DNA of 30,619 nt from Elusimicrobiota bacterium (GTDB lineage: Bacteria; Elusimicrobiota; Elusimicrobia; F11). Every line of letters starts with the position of its first letter. Position 1 is the stretch's first letter. Of the stretch, positions 19,869 through 28,051 are shown piece by piece. The notes beneath the pieces are model-generated. The model did not search any database. It was given only the letters and a program-made list of their open reading frames with translations, and was not told the DNA's origin. The stretch spans positions 1-30,619 of the forward strand of contig JBJXGI010000045.1 of the NCBI GenBank assembly GCA_046153645.1, given 5' to 3'. The position numbers and the translations under genes were made by a program.

Positions 19869-20379
19869 AGAGAAGAAGGCGAGTCGAAGCAATAATAAAT
19901 CGGTGATAACTTCTAAAACTGTTTACATCAAACATAAAATGGGATTTTAACTGAGCCGAAGCGTGAAAGGACTGACTAACAATAAAAATATTTTTTAATA
20001 ACTGAGATGAAAAGAAAAAATAAATATTTTGATAAAGTTTTTTAACAAGAGATTGAAAACGTTCGAAATTCTGAGACAAACCTTCATGAAAAAGAACAAT
20101 CCATTTTTGTTTTAGTGGAGACAAGTTTTCTAAAAAAATATTTTTAATTTTGCTAGAAAAATAATCCTCGAAGTTTTGTTTTAACGTTTTATTTTCGACA
20201 GGACGATTGAATTCATCACGGATATCTAAATCACTCCAATCCATAAATTCAGTCGGGAGAGATAAAAAATACGACCCAGAAATAAATAATTTTTCAGACG
20301 CTTTCACTGGAGAAAAGCCCGTCATGAATAATGCGAAAAATAGCATTGTTTTTATAATTGATTTAATTTCCATACCCAT
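19867..20379 (-). CDS. Hypothetical secreted leader protein (~170 aa), candidate regulatory upstream ORF
   Basis: MGMEIKSIIKTMLFFALFMTGFSPVKA|SE looks like a signal peptide. No recognisable domain; ends ...HRFIIASTRLLL*. The track's TTG start at 20415 coincides with a -35-like box, so ATG 20379 (or 20373) is preferred. Confidence 0.7.
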   Translation of the reverse strand: MGMEIKSIIKTMLFFALFMTGFSPVKASEKLFISGSYFLSLPTEFMDWSDLDIRDEFNRPVENKTLKQNFEDYFSSKIKNIFLENLSPLKQKWIVLFHEGLSQNFERFQSLVKKLYQNIYFFFSSQLLKNIFIVSQSFHASAQLKSHFMFDVNSFRSYHRFIIASTRLLL

Positions 20380-20387
20380 ATAGGTCA

Positions 20388-20415
20388 AATGTAACGGAGT
20401 TGGGTAAAAAGTCAA
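20388..20415 (-). promoter_or_regulatory. Putative sigma70 promoter for the leader-HEAT-giant gene operon
   Basis: TTGACT (20415-20410), 16 nt, TACATT (20393-20388), ending 8 nt before ATG 20379. A second TTGACA at 20444-20439 has only a weak -10 (AATCAT). Confidence 0.5.
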
Positions 20416-20536
20416 ATGATTTTATTATGAAATTTTTATGTCAACTTAGAGATGAGAAATACTTATGCGTCTTATTTGAGAGGTGTTTTTTGTTTAGTTG
20501 TTTTTTTATCTAAAAATTAAAGATTAAAAATAAAAT

Positions 20537-21406
20537 TCATATTGATTTCTCGGCGAGTTTTACTGTGTTTTGCAACAGTAATGCCACTGTCATCGGCCCA
20601 ACCCCACCAGGAACAGGCGTAATTGCGGAAGCTGTTTTTTGAATTTCGTCAAAATCAACATCACCTTTTAAGCCCTGAGGTGTACGATTGATTCCAACGT
20701 CAATAACGACAGCGCCTAATTTCACTGCGCTCGATTTAATGAACTGTGCCCTACCAATAGCGGCAATTAAAATGTCTGCCGATTTACAAATCACCTCAAA
20801 GTTTTCAGTTTTAGAATGAACCATGGTCACAGTGGCATCTAGGCTTAAAAGTAATTGAGCCACAGGCTTTCCCACAAGCGTTGACCGTCCAACAACCACA
20901 GCATGTTTTCCGGAAACTGGAATTTTTTCTCTTAAAAGTAACTCTATAACTCCCGCAGGAGTACAAGGAACAGGAATTTCTGAAGTAGAAATATCTTTCC
21001 ATGATTTCATTTGAATGAGCGCCCCTTGATTAAAAGGGTGTAGTCCATCGGCATCTTTTTGAGGTGCAATGGTTTTAATGGCCGCATCAGAATCAAGGTG
21101 CTGAGGTAAGGGAAGTTGCACCAAAATACCATGAACAGCAGAGTCTTTATTTAGATTTTCAATTGTTTTGATAAGTTCTTGTTGAGAAACGTTTGAAGGC
21201 AAAGGACAGTGAAATGAAACCAGCCCATTTTCTTCACTTTTTTTAATTTTTTGACCTACATAAACATGTGATGCGGGGTCATCTCCCACGAGTACTGTTG
21301 CAAGGCCAGGTTTTTTACCAGTTTTTTTTAGAAAAACACTGGCACGATCTTTAACCTCTAAAAGAATTTGCTGAGAAATTTTTTTTCCATCAATAATATG
21401 TGCCAT
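20537..21406 (-). CDS. folD: Bifunctional methylenetetrahydrofolate dehydrogenase/cyclohydrolase
   Basis: IIDGK, PGLATVLVGDDPASHVYV, VHGILVQLPLP, KDADGLHP, PCTPAG, VVGRSTLVGKP, TPVPGGVGPMT; GGAG RBS. Confidence 0.98.
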   Translation of the reverse strand: MAHIIDGKKISQQILLEVKDRASVFLKKTGKKPGLATVLVGDDPASHVYVGQKIKKSEENGLVSFHCPLPSNVSQQELIKTIENLNKDSAVHGILVQLPLPQHLDSDAAIKTIAPQKDADGLHPFNQGALIQMKSWKDISTSEIPVPCTPAGVIELLLREKIPVSGKHAVVVGRSTLVGKPVAQLLLSLDATVTMVHSKTENFEVICKSADILIAAIGRAQFIKSSAVKLGAVVIDVGINRTPQGLKGDVDFDEIQKTASAITPVPGGVGPMTVALLLQNTVKLAEKSI

Positions 21407-21421
21407 ACAGACTCCCTAATC

Positions 21422-22303
21422 TTAAGACTTCGTTTCCGGCAAAAAAGCTGAAACCACCTGAGGCAAAACAGAAAATAAAATTTCATGCATAGGCTCAAAT
21501 GACCATACTTCTCCATCGGCCTGAAAATATAAATCGTTTTCGCTTACAAGTTCCATCTTCTCAAAAGAAAAATTCATCATATGTGGTGTCGTAAGATAAC
21601 CATCTCCATACCGCGCTTTAATAAAACTTTTTAATAGTTGAAATTTAGATTGAGCCTGTATGAAATAACCATTCAATATTCCATCGGTAGGCTCAATAAT
21701 AGGAGAAAAATGTAACCCTCCGCTAAAATAAGGCGCATTAAAAACAATCCCCATCAAAAATGCCATTTGACACTGAATCTTTTTTTTGTTTTCAAAACAT
21801 TCCAGGCGAATAAATTTCTCTGCTAAGGAAAAAATGTCTTTTAATGCATTTGTTTTTTTATTTTGAATGGCTTCTTTGGAGCGACCAAAACCCGCGTTAT
21901 TTATAAAAACTCTCTTTTGAGCTCCAGATTCCATCAATCCAAGGTCAAATGCCGTTTTAGAGATTTTACCGTGTTCAATCGAATCAGCAACTTCTTGCCA
22001 ATCTAAACCTTGAACTTTTCGAGATAAATCATTACATGTCCCAACGGGAACGAGCGAGAAAGAAAATTTTGACAATGTGTCTTGAGAGTAACTTGCCTGC
22101 AATACCCGACTGAAAGTTCCATCTCCGCCCCAAACAACAATATGTTCGATATTTTCAACATCACACCATTGAACAAGAGTTTCCAAATGTGTGGGATGCA
22201 TTGTTCTTTCAACCCAAGAAAAATTTTTACGACGTCCTTTCCAATATTTCTCAACAATTGATTTATTTTTTTTATTGGGATTTAATATGTGATACGTTTT
22301 CAT
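21422..22303 (-). CDS. Diacylglycerol/lipid kinase family protein (YegS/DgkB-like)
   Basis: ILNP, WGGDGT, PVGTCND, FINNAGFG, NAPYFSGG, QADGE motifs. ATG 22303 (TTG 22306 also in frame). Confidence 0.9.
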   Translation of the reverse strand: MKTYHILNPNKKNKSIVEKYWKGRRKNFSWVERTMHPTHLETLVQWCDVENIEHIVVWGGDGTFSRVLQASYSQDTLSKFSFSLVPVGTCNDLSRKVQGLDWQEVADSIEHGKISKTAFDLGLMESGAQKRVFINNAGFGRSKEAIQNKKTNALKDIFSLAEKFIRLECFENKKKIQCQMAFLMGIVFNAPYFSGGLHFSPIIEPTDGILNGYFIQAQSKFQLLKSFIKARYGDGYLTTPHMMNFSFEKMELVSENDLYFQADGEVWSFEPMHEILFSVLPQVVSAFLPETKS

Positions 22304-22307
22304 CAAC

Positions 22308-23303
22308 TCACACTTTATATTTCAAATAAACCTGTTTTAATACTTTCCAAACTTCCTTGGGGTTTTCAGACAAAATAGGATCTAATAACTCTCCCCCATC
22401 AAAACTCCATGCAGCCACATGAGATATTCCTGCTTGAACAGCTGCATCAACAGCGATGGCCAATTCATTTTCTTTTTGAGCAGGAAGCCTCATGGCTTGT
22501 ACCCACACCTGGGAACCCTTATTATTTTTATTGGCATGCTCAACAACATATTTGGAAAATTCAGAAACATGGGTAAAAGGGTTTTTATCTCCATGCCATC
22601 TCCAATAAGGGTCACAACCAAAAATATCTAATTCTGGAAGCGCTGCGGCTTCTTTCCAAATACGATCATATTCAGGAATTCCCTTAAATGCGTAAAGGCA
22701 TAACGCATTTTGTAATCCTTTGGCGTGGGAAAATTCCATCATTTCATTTAGAAACTCACGCAATGTGTCTCGACGAAATTGACGAGTTTCATCGGTTAAT
22801 TTAAGGGGCATTTTTTCCCCCATTTTTTTCCGATATAAATCTTTACAACAATCGCAAGTACAAGAAAAAACCCCTTTCATCTCTGATTCAAAATCAACCG
22901 CCACATGTGGTTCATCCCAAAAAATAACTTGCCCGCCCATATCTCGCACAGAAAGAACCCACTCTTTCATGTAAGAACGCCATTCAAATCGATTCAAACA
23001 GGCCAAAGGAACAATTTTTCCATCCGACATTTTTTGCCAAGAGTCTCGATGGTCCAATAAAAACCGAGAAAAAGCTTCTCCACCAAATACGCCCCCCAAA
23101 CCCCAGGGATCCACCCAAACTTCTAAGTTTAATTTTCGACTCGCATTACAGATTTTCTGAAGAGCTAATTTATGATAGGTAAGATCGGCTTCATTAACGG
23201 TGTGAACCACATAATCGCAACATTCAGCGATTTCCTTCAAATCGTGTTCCGCATGATTAAGAAAACGATTTCCATAATATGATACGCCGAATTTTGTTTT
23301 CAT
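22308..23303 (-). CDS. Putative TIM-barrel glycoside hydrolase (GH42-like/clan A-like catalytic domain)
   Basis: GVSYY first strand, 'DLKEIAE', FWDEPH acidic motif, CTCDCC Cys cluster like the CxCxxC of GH42 enzymes, DIFGCDPYW, terminal AAWSF strand. The exact family is not certain. Confidence 0.65.
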   Translation of the reverse strand: MKTKFGVSYYGNRFLNHAEHDLKEIAECCDYVVHTVNEADLTYHKLALQKICNASRKLNLEVWVDPWGLGGVFGGEAFSRFLLDHRDSWQKMSDGKIVPLACLNRFEWRSYMKEWVLSVRDMGGQVIFWDEPHVAVDFESEMKGVFSCTCDCCKDLYRKKMGEKMPLKLTDETRQFRRDTLREFLNEMMEFSHAKGLQNALCLYAFKGIPEYDRIWKEAAALPELDIFGCDPYWRWHGDKNPFTHVSEFSKYVVEHANKNNKGSQVWVQAMRLPAQKENELAIAVDAAVQAGISHVAAWSFDGGELLDPILSENPKEVWKVLKQVYLKYKV

Positions 23304-23307
23304 TAAT

Positions 23308-23805
23308 TTATCTATAGTTAGAAAATTGAAGCGGAATTTTATAATCGTTTGATTTTAAAAGAGCCATAGCTTCTTGAAGAGCATCTTTAGACTTAGAAGT
23401 CACTCGCACTTGTTCAGATTGAATGGAAGCAGTTACTTTTAATTTAGCGCTTTTAATATCAGCGACCATTAACTTGGCTTTATCAGTTGGTATTCCCTGC
23501 GCGACTTTTACGACCTGCCGAACATTATTACCCAAAGCTGTTTCAATTTTTTGAAAATCTAAGGCTTTTAAATCAATTCCTCTCTTGGCCAGACGAGAAT
23601 GTAAAATTTCGATAACCATTTTTAATTTCCCTTCATCATCTGAAGTAATGGTAATTTTGGATTCTTTCTTATCCAACTCAAATTTCGAAATGCTCCCTCT
23701 AAAATCAAAACGAACTCCAATCTCTTTATTGGCCGCGTTAATGGCATCGTCCATCGTTTGCATATCTACTTTTGAAACAACATCAAATGAAAAATCATCC
23801 GCCAC
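23308..23805 (-). CDS. yajQ: YajQ family nucleotide/c-di-GMP-binding protein
   Basis: SFDVVSKVD, RFDFRGS, QGIPTDKAK, KLKVTASIQSEQVRV, KDALQEAM, PLQFSNYR; GTG start with GGGGGA RBS. Confidence 0.96.
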   Translation of the reverse strand: MADDFSFDVVSKVDMQTMDDAINAANKEIGVRFDFRGSISKFELDKKESKITITSDDEGKLKMVIEILHSRLAKRGIDLKALDFQKIETALGNNVRQVVKVAQGIPTDKAKLMVADIKSAKLKVTASIQSEQVRVTSKSKDALQEAMALLKSNDYKIPLQFSNYR

Positions 23806-23815
23806 TTTATCCCCC

Positions 23816-24226
23816 TTATCTATCTAAAAGAGTAACAATCCAGTCTCTATATCGAACTAATTTCTTCCACATCATTTCGATATCTTTTTTTGCATAAATT
23901 TCACCACTATAGGAAACCAAATTTTTCTGGTTGATCAGATCAGAAAAATGCCTGAGAGAATTTAAAGAGTTTTCACTGAGATTTACGACTTCTCGGACCA
24001 AATCAATCGCCGCCATATGATCTTCGCCTTTTGACTTAACACCACCCACTTTAATTGTGAGAGCATCTGTATAAGCAATTGCCGCATGAACGATCAAAAC
24101 CCCCGCAGCATTCCAGTACTCAAACTCTTTAGCAGCTTCTGCCCCTTGAAAAAAATTTTCTGCCACTTGTTTAAAATCTTTATATTTTGATCGGTCCTGT
24201 GATTGACGCAACGTTCGTTTTACCAT
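23816..24226 (-). CDS. HEPN-domain protein (putative toxin of an MNT-HEPN pair)
   Basis: Helical ~136-aa protein with NAAGVLIVHAAIAYTDAL, GEDH and KNLVSY, overlapping the stop of the upstream nucleotidyltransferase. ATG 24226 (TTG 24238 also in frame). Confidence 0.75.
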   Translation of the reverse strand: MVKRTLRQSQDRSKYKDFKQVAENFFQGAEAAKEFEYWNAAGVLIVHAAIAYTDALTIKVGGVKSKGEDHMAAIDLVREVVNLSENSLNSLRHFSDLINQKNLVSYSGEIYAKKDIEMMWKKLVRYRDWIVTLLDR

Positions 24227-24849
24227 TGAGCGACCCAATCCTTCAATTTAAGCGTAAGTAAATCTTTCCCTTCATTAATAATATTCACCAAAAGAGGATC
24301 TTTTTTAAGAATTCTCCTTTTAGTTTCCCCGCTTGTCATCAGAATAGGAGCAAGTCGAATTCCAAACTTAATTCTAAAATCGGTAACAATATCCAGAAGA
24401 TTTATTTCCTGATCAACAACAGATTTTTTTAAAACAACCAACACGTCTAAGTCGCTTCCAGGTTTATTTTTATTTTTTACAAAACTCCCGAATACCGTTA
24501 TGGTCAAACTTCTATTTTTGAAATATTTCCGTATAGAAAGAAAAATTTTCTGAAGTAAAACCTGCTCTTTCTCAAAAAGCGGCAATAACAATTCACGGAC
24601 AAATTTATTATCCATATTTATACGAACCAGTTGTGTTTGAGCAGACCCCTGTCTTTTAATAATCCCTTGAGATTCCAAATTTTTTAGCACAACCGCCACC
24701 GTTTGATGATTTACATTTGCTACACGACTGACACTGCGACCACTCATTCCTTCTCGACTATCTTTGAGCGAACGCAGAACAATTAAGTGATTTCGAGTTC
24801 CCAAAATACCATCTAATGGATAATTCATATGAAGAGGGGATCTAACCAT
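24220..24849 (-). CDS. Winged-HTH + minimal nucleotidyltransferase (MNT) protein, putative antitoxin/autorepressor
   Basis: N-terminal HTH (MSGRSVSRVANVNHQTVAVVLKNLESQGII) and GSx10DxD motif (FGSFVKNKNKPGSDLDVLVV). Confidence 0.88.
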   Translation of the reverse strand: MVRSPLHMNYPLDGILGTRNHLIVLRSLKDSREGMSGRSVSRVANVNHQTVAVVLKNLESQGIIKRQGSAQTQLVRINMDNKFVRELLLPLFEKEQVLLQKIFLSIRKYFKNRSLTITVFGSFVKNKNKPGSDLDVLVVLKKSVVDQEINLLDIVTDFRIKFGIRLAPILMTSGETKRRILKKDPLLVNIINEGKDLLTLKLKDWVAQW

Positions 24850-24850
24850 C

Positions 24851-24888
24851 TGTCTATTATATTAGACAATTGTCTATTTTAATAGACA
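24851..24888. promoter_or_regulatory. Tandem palindromic operators TGTCTA-N6-TAGACA overlapping a TATAAT box
   Basis: tgtcta-ttatat-tagaca (24851-24868) and tgtctatt-tt-aatagaca (24871-24888), 20-bp period. Minus-strand TATAAT at 24861-24856, 6 nt before ATG 24849. Confidence 0.8.
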
Positions 24889-24894
24889 TGTATT

Positions 24895-25422
24895 TTATTT
24901 TATTTTGGGTTTTGCCTCATCAATGGCTTTATTGGCGAGCGCGTCAGCCAAACGAAGTTTGGGATGCTCTCTGGGCACATGATGAAAAGTTACTTGTTTA
25001 AATTTGGCAATCCGCTGTTTTACCTCATCATAAAATTTGAGCAATTTTTCTGATTTAATCGCGTACTGCCCATTCATTTGACGAACAAGCAATTCACTAT
25101 CAGCAAAACATTCAACAACTCCGTGAGTTATTTCAGCGACACGGTCCAATGCCAATAATAGAGCCCTATACTCTGCCTCATTATTTGTACATTGACCAAT
25201 ATATTGGTAATCCTGAAAAAGTTTATCATCATGCTCGTTAAAAAGGAGAACACCCACTCCTGCATGCCCCGGGTTTCCTCTCGATGCCCCATCAGTAAAT
25301 GTGATAACTTTTTCAAATTTAGAGGACTGCTGGCCACGAGTGAGAATTTCATCTTTTATGGTTTTTTGCATTATTTTTAACTGCTCAACAGAAGCGGATT
25401 TAATGAATTCGTTAATATCCAT
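24895..25422 (-). CDS. rnhA: Ribonuclease HI family protein
   Basis: FTDGASRGNPG, TNNEAEYRAL, DSELLVRQMNGQY, HVPRE, ADALANKAID catalytic motifs; ~38-aa N-terminal extension. Confidence 0.93.
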   Translation of the reverse strand: MDINEFIKSASVEQLKIMQKTIKDEILTRGQQSSKFEKVITFTDGASRGNPGHAGVGVLLFNEHDDKLFQDYQYIGQCTNNEAEYRALLLALDRVAEITHGVVECFADSELLVRQMNGQYAIKSEKLLKFYDEVKQRIAKFKQVTFHHVPREHPKLRLADALANKAIDEAKPKIK

Positions 25423-25769
25423 TAATGAGTCGCTCCTATATCATTAACCACCTGCTGCAGTGTTTTGGCCAACTTCTGACATTCCTCATAAGAAATAATA
25501 ACTCTCGAGACCACTTGAGGAGTCGTGTGAGTAGGCGACGTAAATCCAAAGTCGAACATTACTTCCTCGGGTGTTAAATGAATCGCTGTCGCATTGGCAT
25601 AGACCCCTTGCGCAACAACAGGAGTCGTTGTCCATGTTTCAACTGGCGGTTCTTGAGGAATATTGGTCTTTTTATTTTCAACTCCATTTGAAACATGAAC
25701 CTCTTTAAACCGCGGCCCCCATTTTGTGTATGTTCTTCGGCCTTTTTGGAATTTTTTAGGTTGTGTCAC
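25422..25769 (-). CDS. DUF3467 domain protein
   Basis: GVYAN..IHLTPEEVMFDFG...VVSRVII..KLAKTL pattern typical of DUF3467. Confidence 0.8.
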   Translation of the reverse strand: MTQPKKFQKGRRTYTKWGPRFKEVHVSNGVENKKTNIPQEPPVETWTTTPVVAQGVYANATAIHLTPEEVMFDFGFTSPTHTTPQVVSRVIISYEECQKLAKTLQQVVNDIGATH

Positions 25770-26927
25770 TTAAGCCCCCTTAAAAGAACCGAATTTTTTA
25801 TTACTCAAATTAAAATATGTTTTTAAAACGGAAATGATTCGCGTGGAAGCTAAACCATCTCCATAAGGGTTTACGGCTTGCGACATCTTTTTATAAAAAA
25901 CAGGATTTTTAATAAGCTTAGAAACCTCGCGAATAATTTTATTCCTATTGGTCCCCACCAATTTAACTGTCCCGGCCTTAACCGCTTCGGGCCGCTCTGT
26001 TACATTTCTTAAAACCAAAACCGGCTTCCCTAAAGAAGGCGCCTCTTCCTGAAGACCACCAGAATCTGTTAATACAAAAAAACTTTTCTTCATCATGCTT
26101 ACCAAATCATCATACTCCAAAGGTTCCAATAAATGAAATCGTGATAAACCTCCAAGAATATTCTGAGCCATTCCTGAGACATTTGGGTTGGGATGAACAG
26201 GATAAACCCAATGAAAATGAGGAAATTTTTCAGTTAGAGTTTTTAAAGCAGAAAATGCTTCTTTAAAAGGTTCTCCAAAATTTTCTCTTCGATGTGCTGT
26301 CACTAAAATAAAAGGTGAAGATCCTATTTTTTTCATTACTCTTATCGCATTGAGATTGCGTAAGGGCTTATTCATTTTACTTACGATCAAAAGAGCATCA
26401 ATAACAGTATTACCAGTAACAAAAATTTTTTTATCTGAAATTTTTTCTACTAAAAGATTCCGACGTGACATCGGCGTTGGAGAAAAATAAAGATCGGCTA
26501 ACAAATCGGTGACTCTTCTATTCATCTCTTCAGGAAAAGGCCTTTTCAAATCATTGGTTCTAAGGCCCGCTTCAACGTGTCCAACAGGGATATTTTTGTA
26601 AAAACACGCCATGGTCCCAACCATCGTTGTGGTTGTATCACCATGAACCAACACCATGTCTGGTTTTGATTTTTCCAAAACAGTTTCCATCTTCTCTAAT
26701 ACTTTGGAGGTGACATGAAATAAACTTTGCCCTTTTTTCATGATATTAAGATCATAATCTACTTTTATAGAAAATAACTCCAAAACCTGATCCAACATAT
26801 CTCGATGTTGCGCGCTGAGGGCAACTTCAACATCAAAACAGTTTTCTTCCCTCAATTTTTTTACAACCGGCGCCATTTTTATGGCTTCGGGCCTGGTACC
26901 AAAAAAACACAATATTTTTTTCTTCAT
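25770..26927 (-). CDS. wecB: UDP-N-acetylglucosamine 2-epimerase (non-hydrolysing)
   Basis: FGTRPEAIKMAP, VHGDTTT, GHVEAGLRT, PFPEEMNR, TGNTVIDAL, TAHRRENFG, TDSGGLQEEAP, NPYGDG. Confidence 0.98.
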   Translation of the reverse strand: MKKKILCFFGTRPEAIKMAPVVKKLREENCFDVEVALSAQHRDMLDQVLELFSIKVDYDLNIMKKGQSLFHVTSKVLEKMETVLEKSKPDMVLVHGDTTTTMVGTMACFYKNIPVGHVEAGLRTNDLKRPFPEEMNRRVTDLLADLYFSPTPMSRRNLLVEKISDKKIFVTGNTVIDALLIVSKMNKPLRNLNAIRVMKKIGSSPFILVTAHRRENFGEPFKEAFSALKTLTEKFPHFHWVYPVHPNPNVSGMAQNILGGLSRFHLLEPLEYDDLVSMMKKSFFVLTDSGGLQEEAPSLGKPVLVLRNVTERPEAVKAGTVKLVGTNRNKIIREVSKLIKNPVFYKKMSQAVNPYGDGLASTRIISVLKTYFNLSNKKFGSFKGA

Positions 26928-27976
26928 TAGATTTTTTTAATCCCAACCATCGTTACACAAATAAAAGCAAGAACCAACGTGACAATATATACGAGAAAAA
27001 CAATTTCTCTTTGAGTCCAACCACGATCCAATAGTCGGTGATGAAAATGCCCTCTATCAGCGGCAAACGGATTTTTTCCACCTAACAAACGTCTTCCAAA
27101 GGCAACTGTCATATCTAAAACAGGAATGGCAACTAATAAAAAAGGAATCACTAAAACAGCCAACAAGGTGGTTTTAAAAGCACCAACAACGGCTAAACAA
27201 GAAATAATAAATCCAACCGTTAAGGCTCCGCTATCGCCCATAAAAAGTTGCGCTGGATAAAAATTATAAACCAAAAATCCAATCGTTGCGCCTAATAAAC
27301 ATGCAGCCAAAAGACCGGCCAGCTTCATTTCTAATCCAAAAATATTTGTATACATACCATCTTGAATGAGCGTCACAGCGACAAAAGCGCCACTGATAAT
27401 AGCCGCTGTGCCGCCAGCCAAACCATCAAGACCATCAATTAAGTTCATGGCATTCGAAAGTCCAACAATCCATAAAACAGTCAAAATCTGCATGATCCAT
27501 AAGGGAAACTGGGAAATCTCAGATAAATAAGGAATAGAAATCCCTTGAATGCGAACGCCATAAGTCATTGCCACATAAGCTGCAATAATTTGAAGTAAAA
27601 ATTTCATCCCAGGGTTTATTGGTTTTCGGTCATCAACCAAACCAACCACGAATAGAATAAAAGAACCCAAAAGAATCCCGATCAATTGATCGGCCATATC
27701 AAGGGTATAAAGTATTTTCCCTTTTCTTACAAAAGGTTGACTGACCATGAGCATTTTTCGGAAATCCTCAAAAAAAAGATACACGATGAGTAGACTTGAT
27801 AAGAATCCACCCATAATGCCAATACCGCCCCAACGAGGAAGAGCGTCATGATGAACTTTTCTTGGATCTGGAAGGTCAATAGCGCCAAATCGCCGGGCTA
27901 ATTTCGCACTAAACGGAGTGAGAATCAGCGAAACAACGAGTGCCGAAACAATAGCGACAAAATAAACTGCTGTCAC
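26927..27976 (-). CDS. wecA: Undecaprenyl-phosphate alpha-GlcNAc-1-phosphate transferase (WecA/TagO, MraY family)
   Basis: Multi-pass membrane protein with DLPDPRKVH, PRWGG, GLVDD, NAMNLIDGLDGLA, NFYPAQLFMGDSG, ADRGHFHHRLL. Confidence 0.93.
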   Translation of the reverse strand: MTAVYFVAIVSALVVSLILTPFSAKLARRFGAIDLPDPRKVHHDALPRWGGIGIMGGFLSSLLIVYLFFEDFRKMLMVSQPFVRKGKILYTLDMADQLIGILLGSFILFVVGLVDDRKPINPGMKFLLQIIAAYVAMTYGVRIQGISIPYLSEISQFPLWIMQILTVLWIVGLSNAMNLIDGLDGLAGGTAAIISGAFVAVTLIQDGMYTNIFGLEMKLAGLLAACLLGATIGFLVYNFYPAQLFMGDSGALTVGFIISCLAVVGAFKTTLLAVLVIPFLLVAIPVLDMTVAFGRRLLGGKNPFAADRGHFHHRLLDRGWTQREIVFLVYIVTLVLAFICVTMVGIKKI

Positions 27977-27986
27977 AAAACAATAG

Positions 27987-28021
27987 CCGTCATCCCTGCC
28001 CGACAGCTGGCAGGCGGGTCC
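27987..28021. repeat. REP-like GC-rich palindrome in the glyA-wecA intergenic region
   Basis: ccgtcatc-cctgcc-cgacagct-ggcagg-cgggtcc; CCTGCC/GGCAGG stem at 27995-28014. Only one copy in the window. Confidence 0.45.
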
Positions 28022-28051
28022 GAATATCGTTGCAGGAGACCTAGATTATTT

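Noticed and set aside
20380..20415. TTG start at 20415 for the leader ORF (182 aa)
   Set aside because: The TTG is part of a -35-like hexamer, has no SD, and would add a non-signal-like extension ahead of the signal peptide.
25770..27976. wecA-wecB as a dedicated glycosylation system for the Ser/Thr-rich giant protein
   Set aside because: tsaC-glyA-wecA/tagO-wecB linkage is a common housekeeping arrangement, and no oligosaccharyltransferase, flippase or chain-building glycosyltransferase is present.
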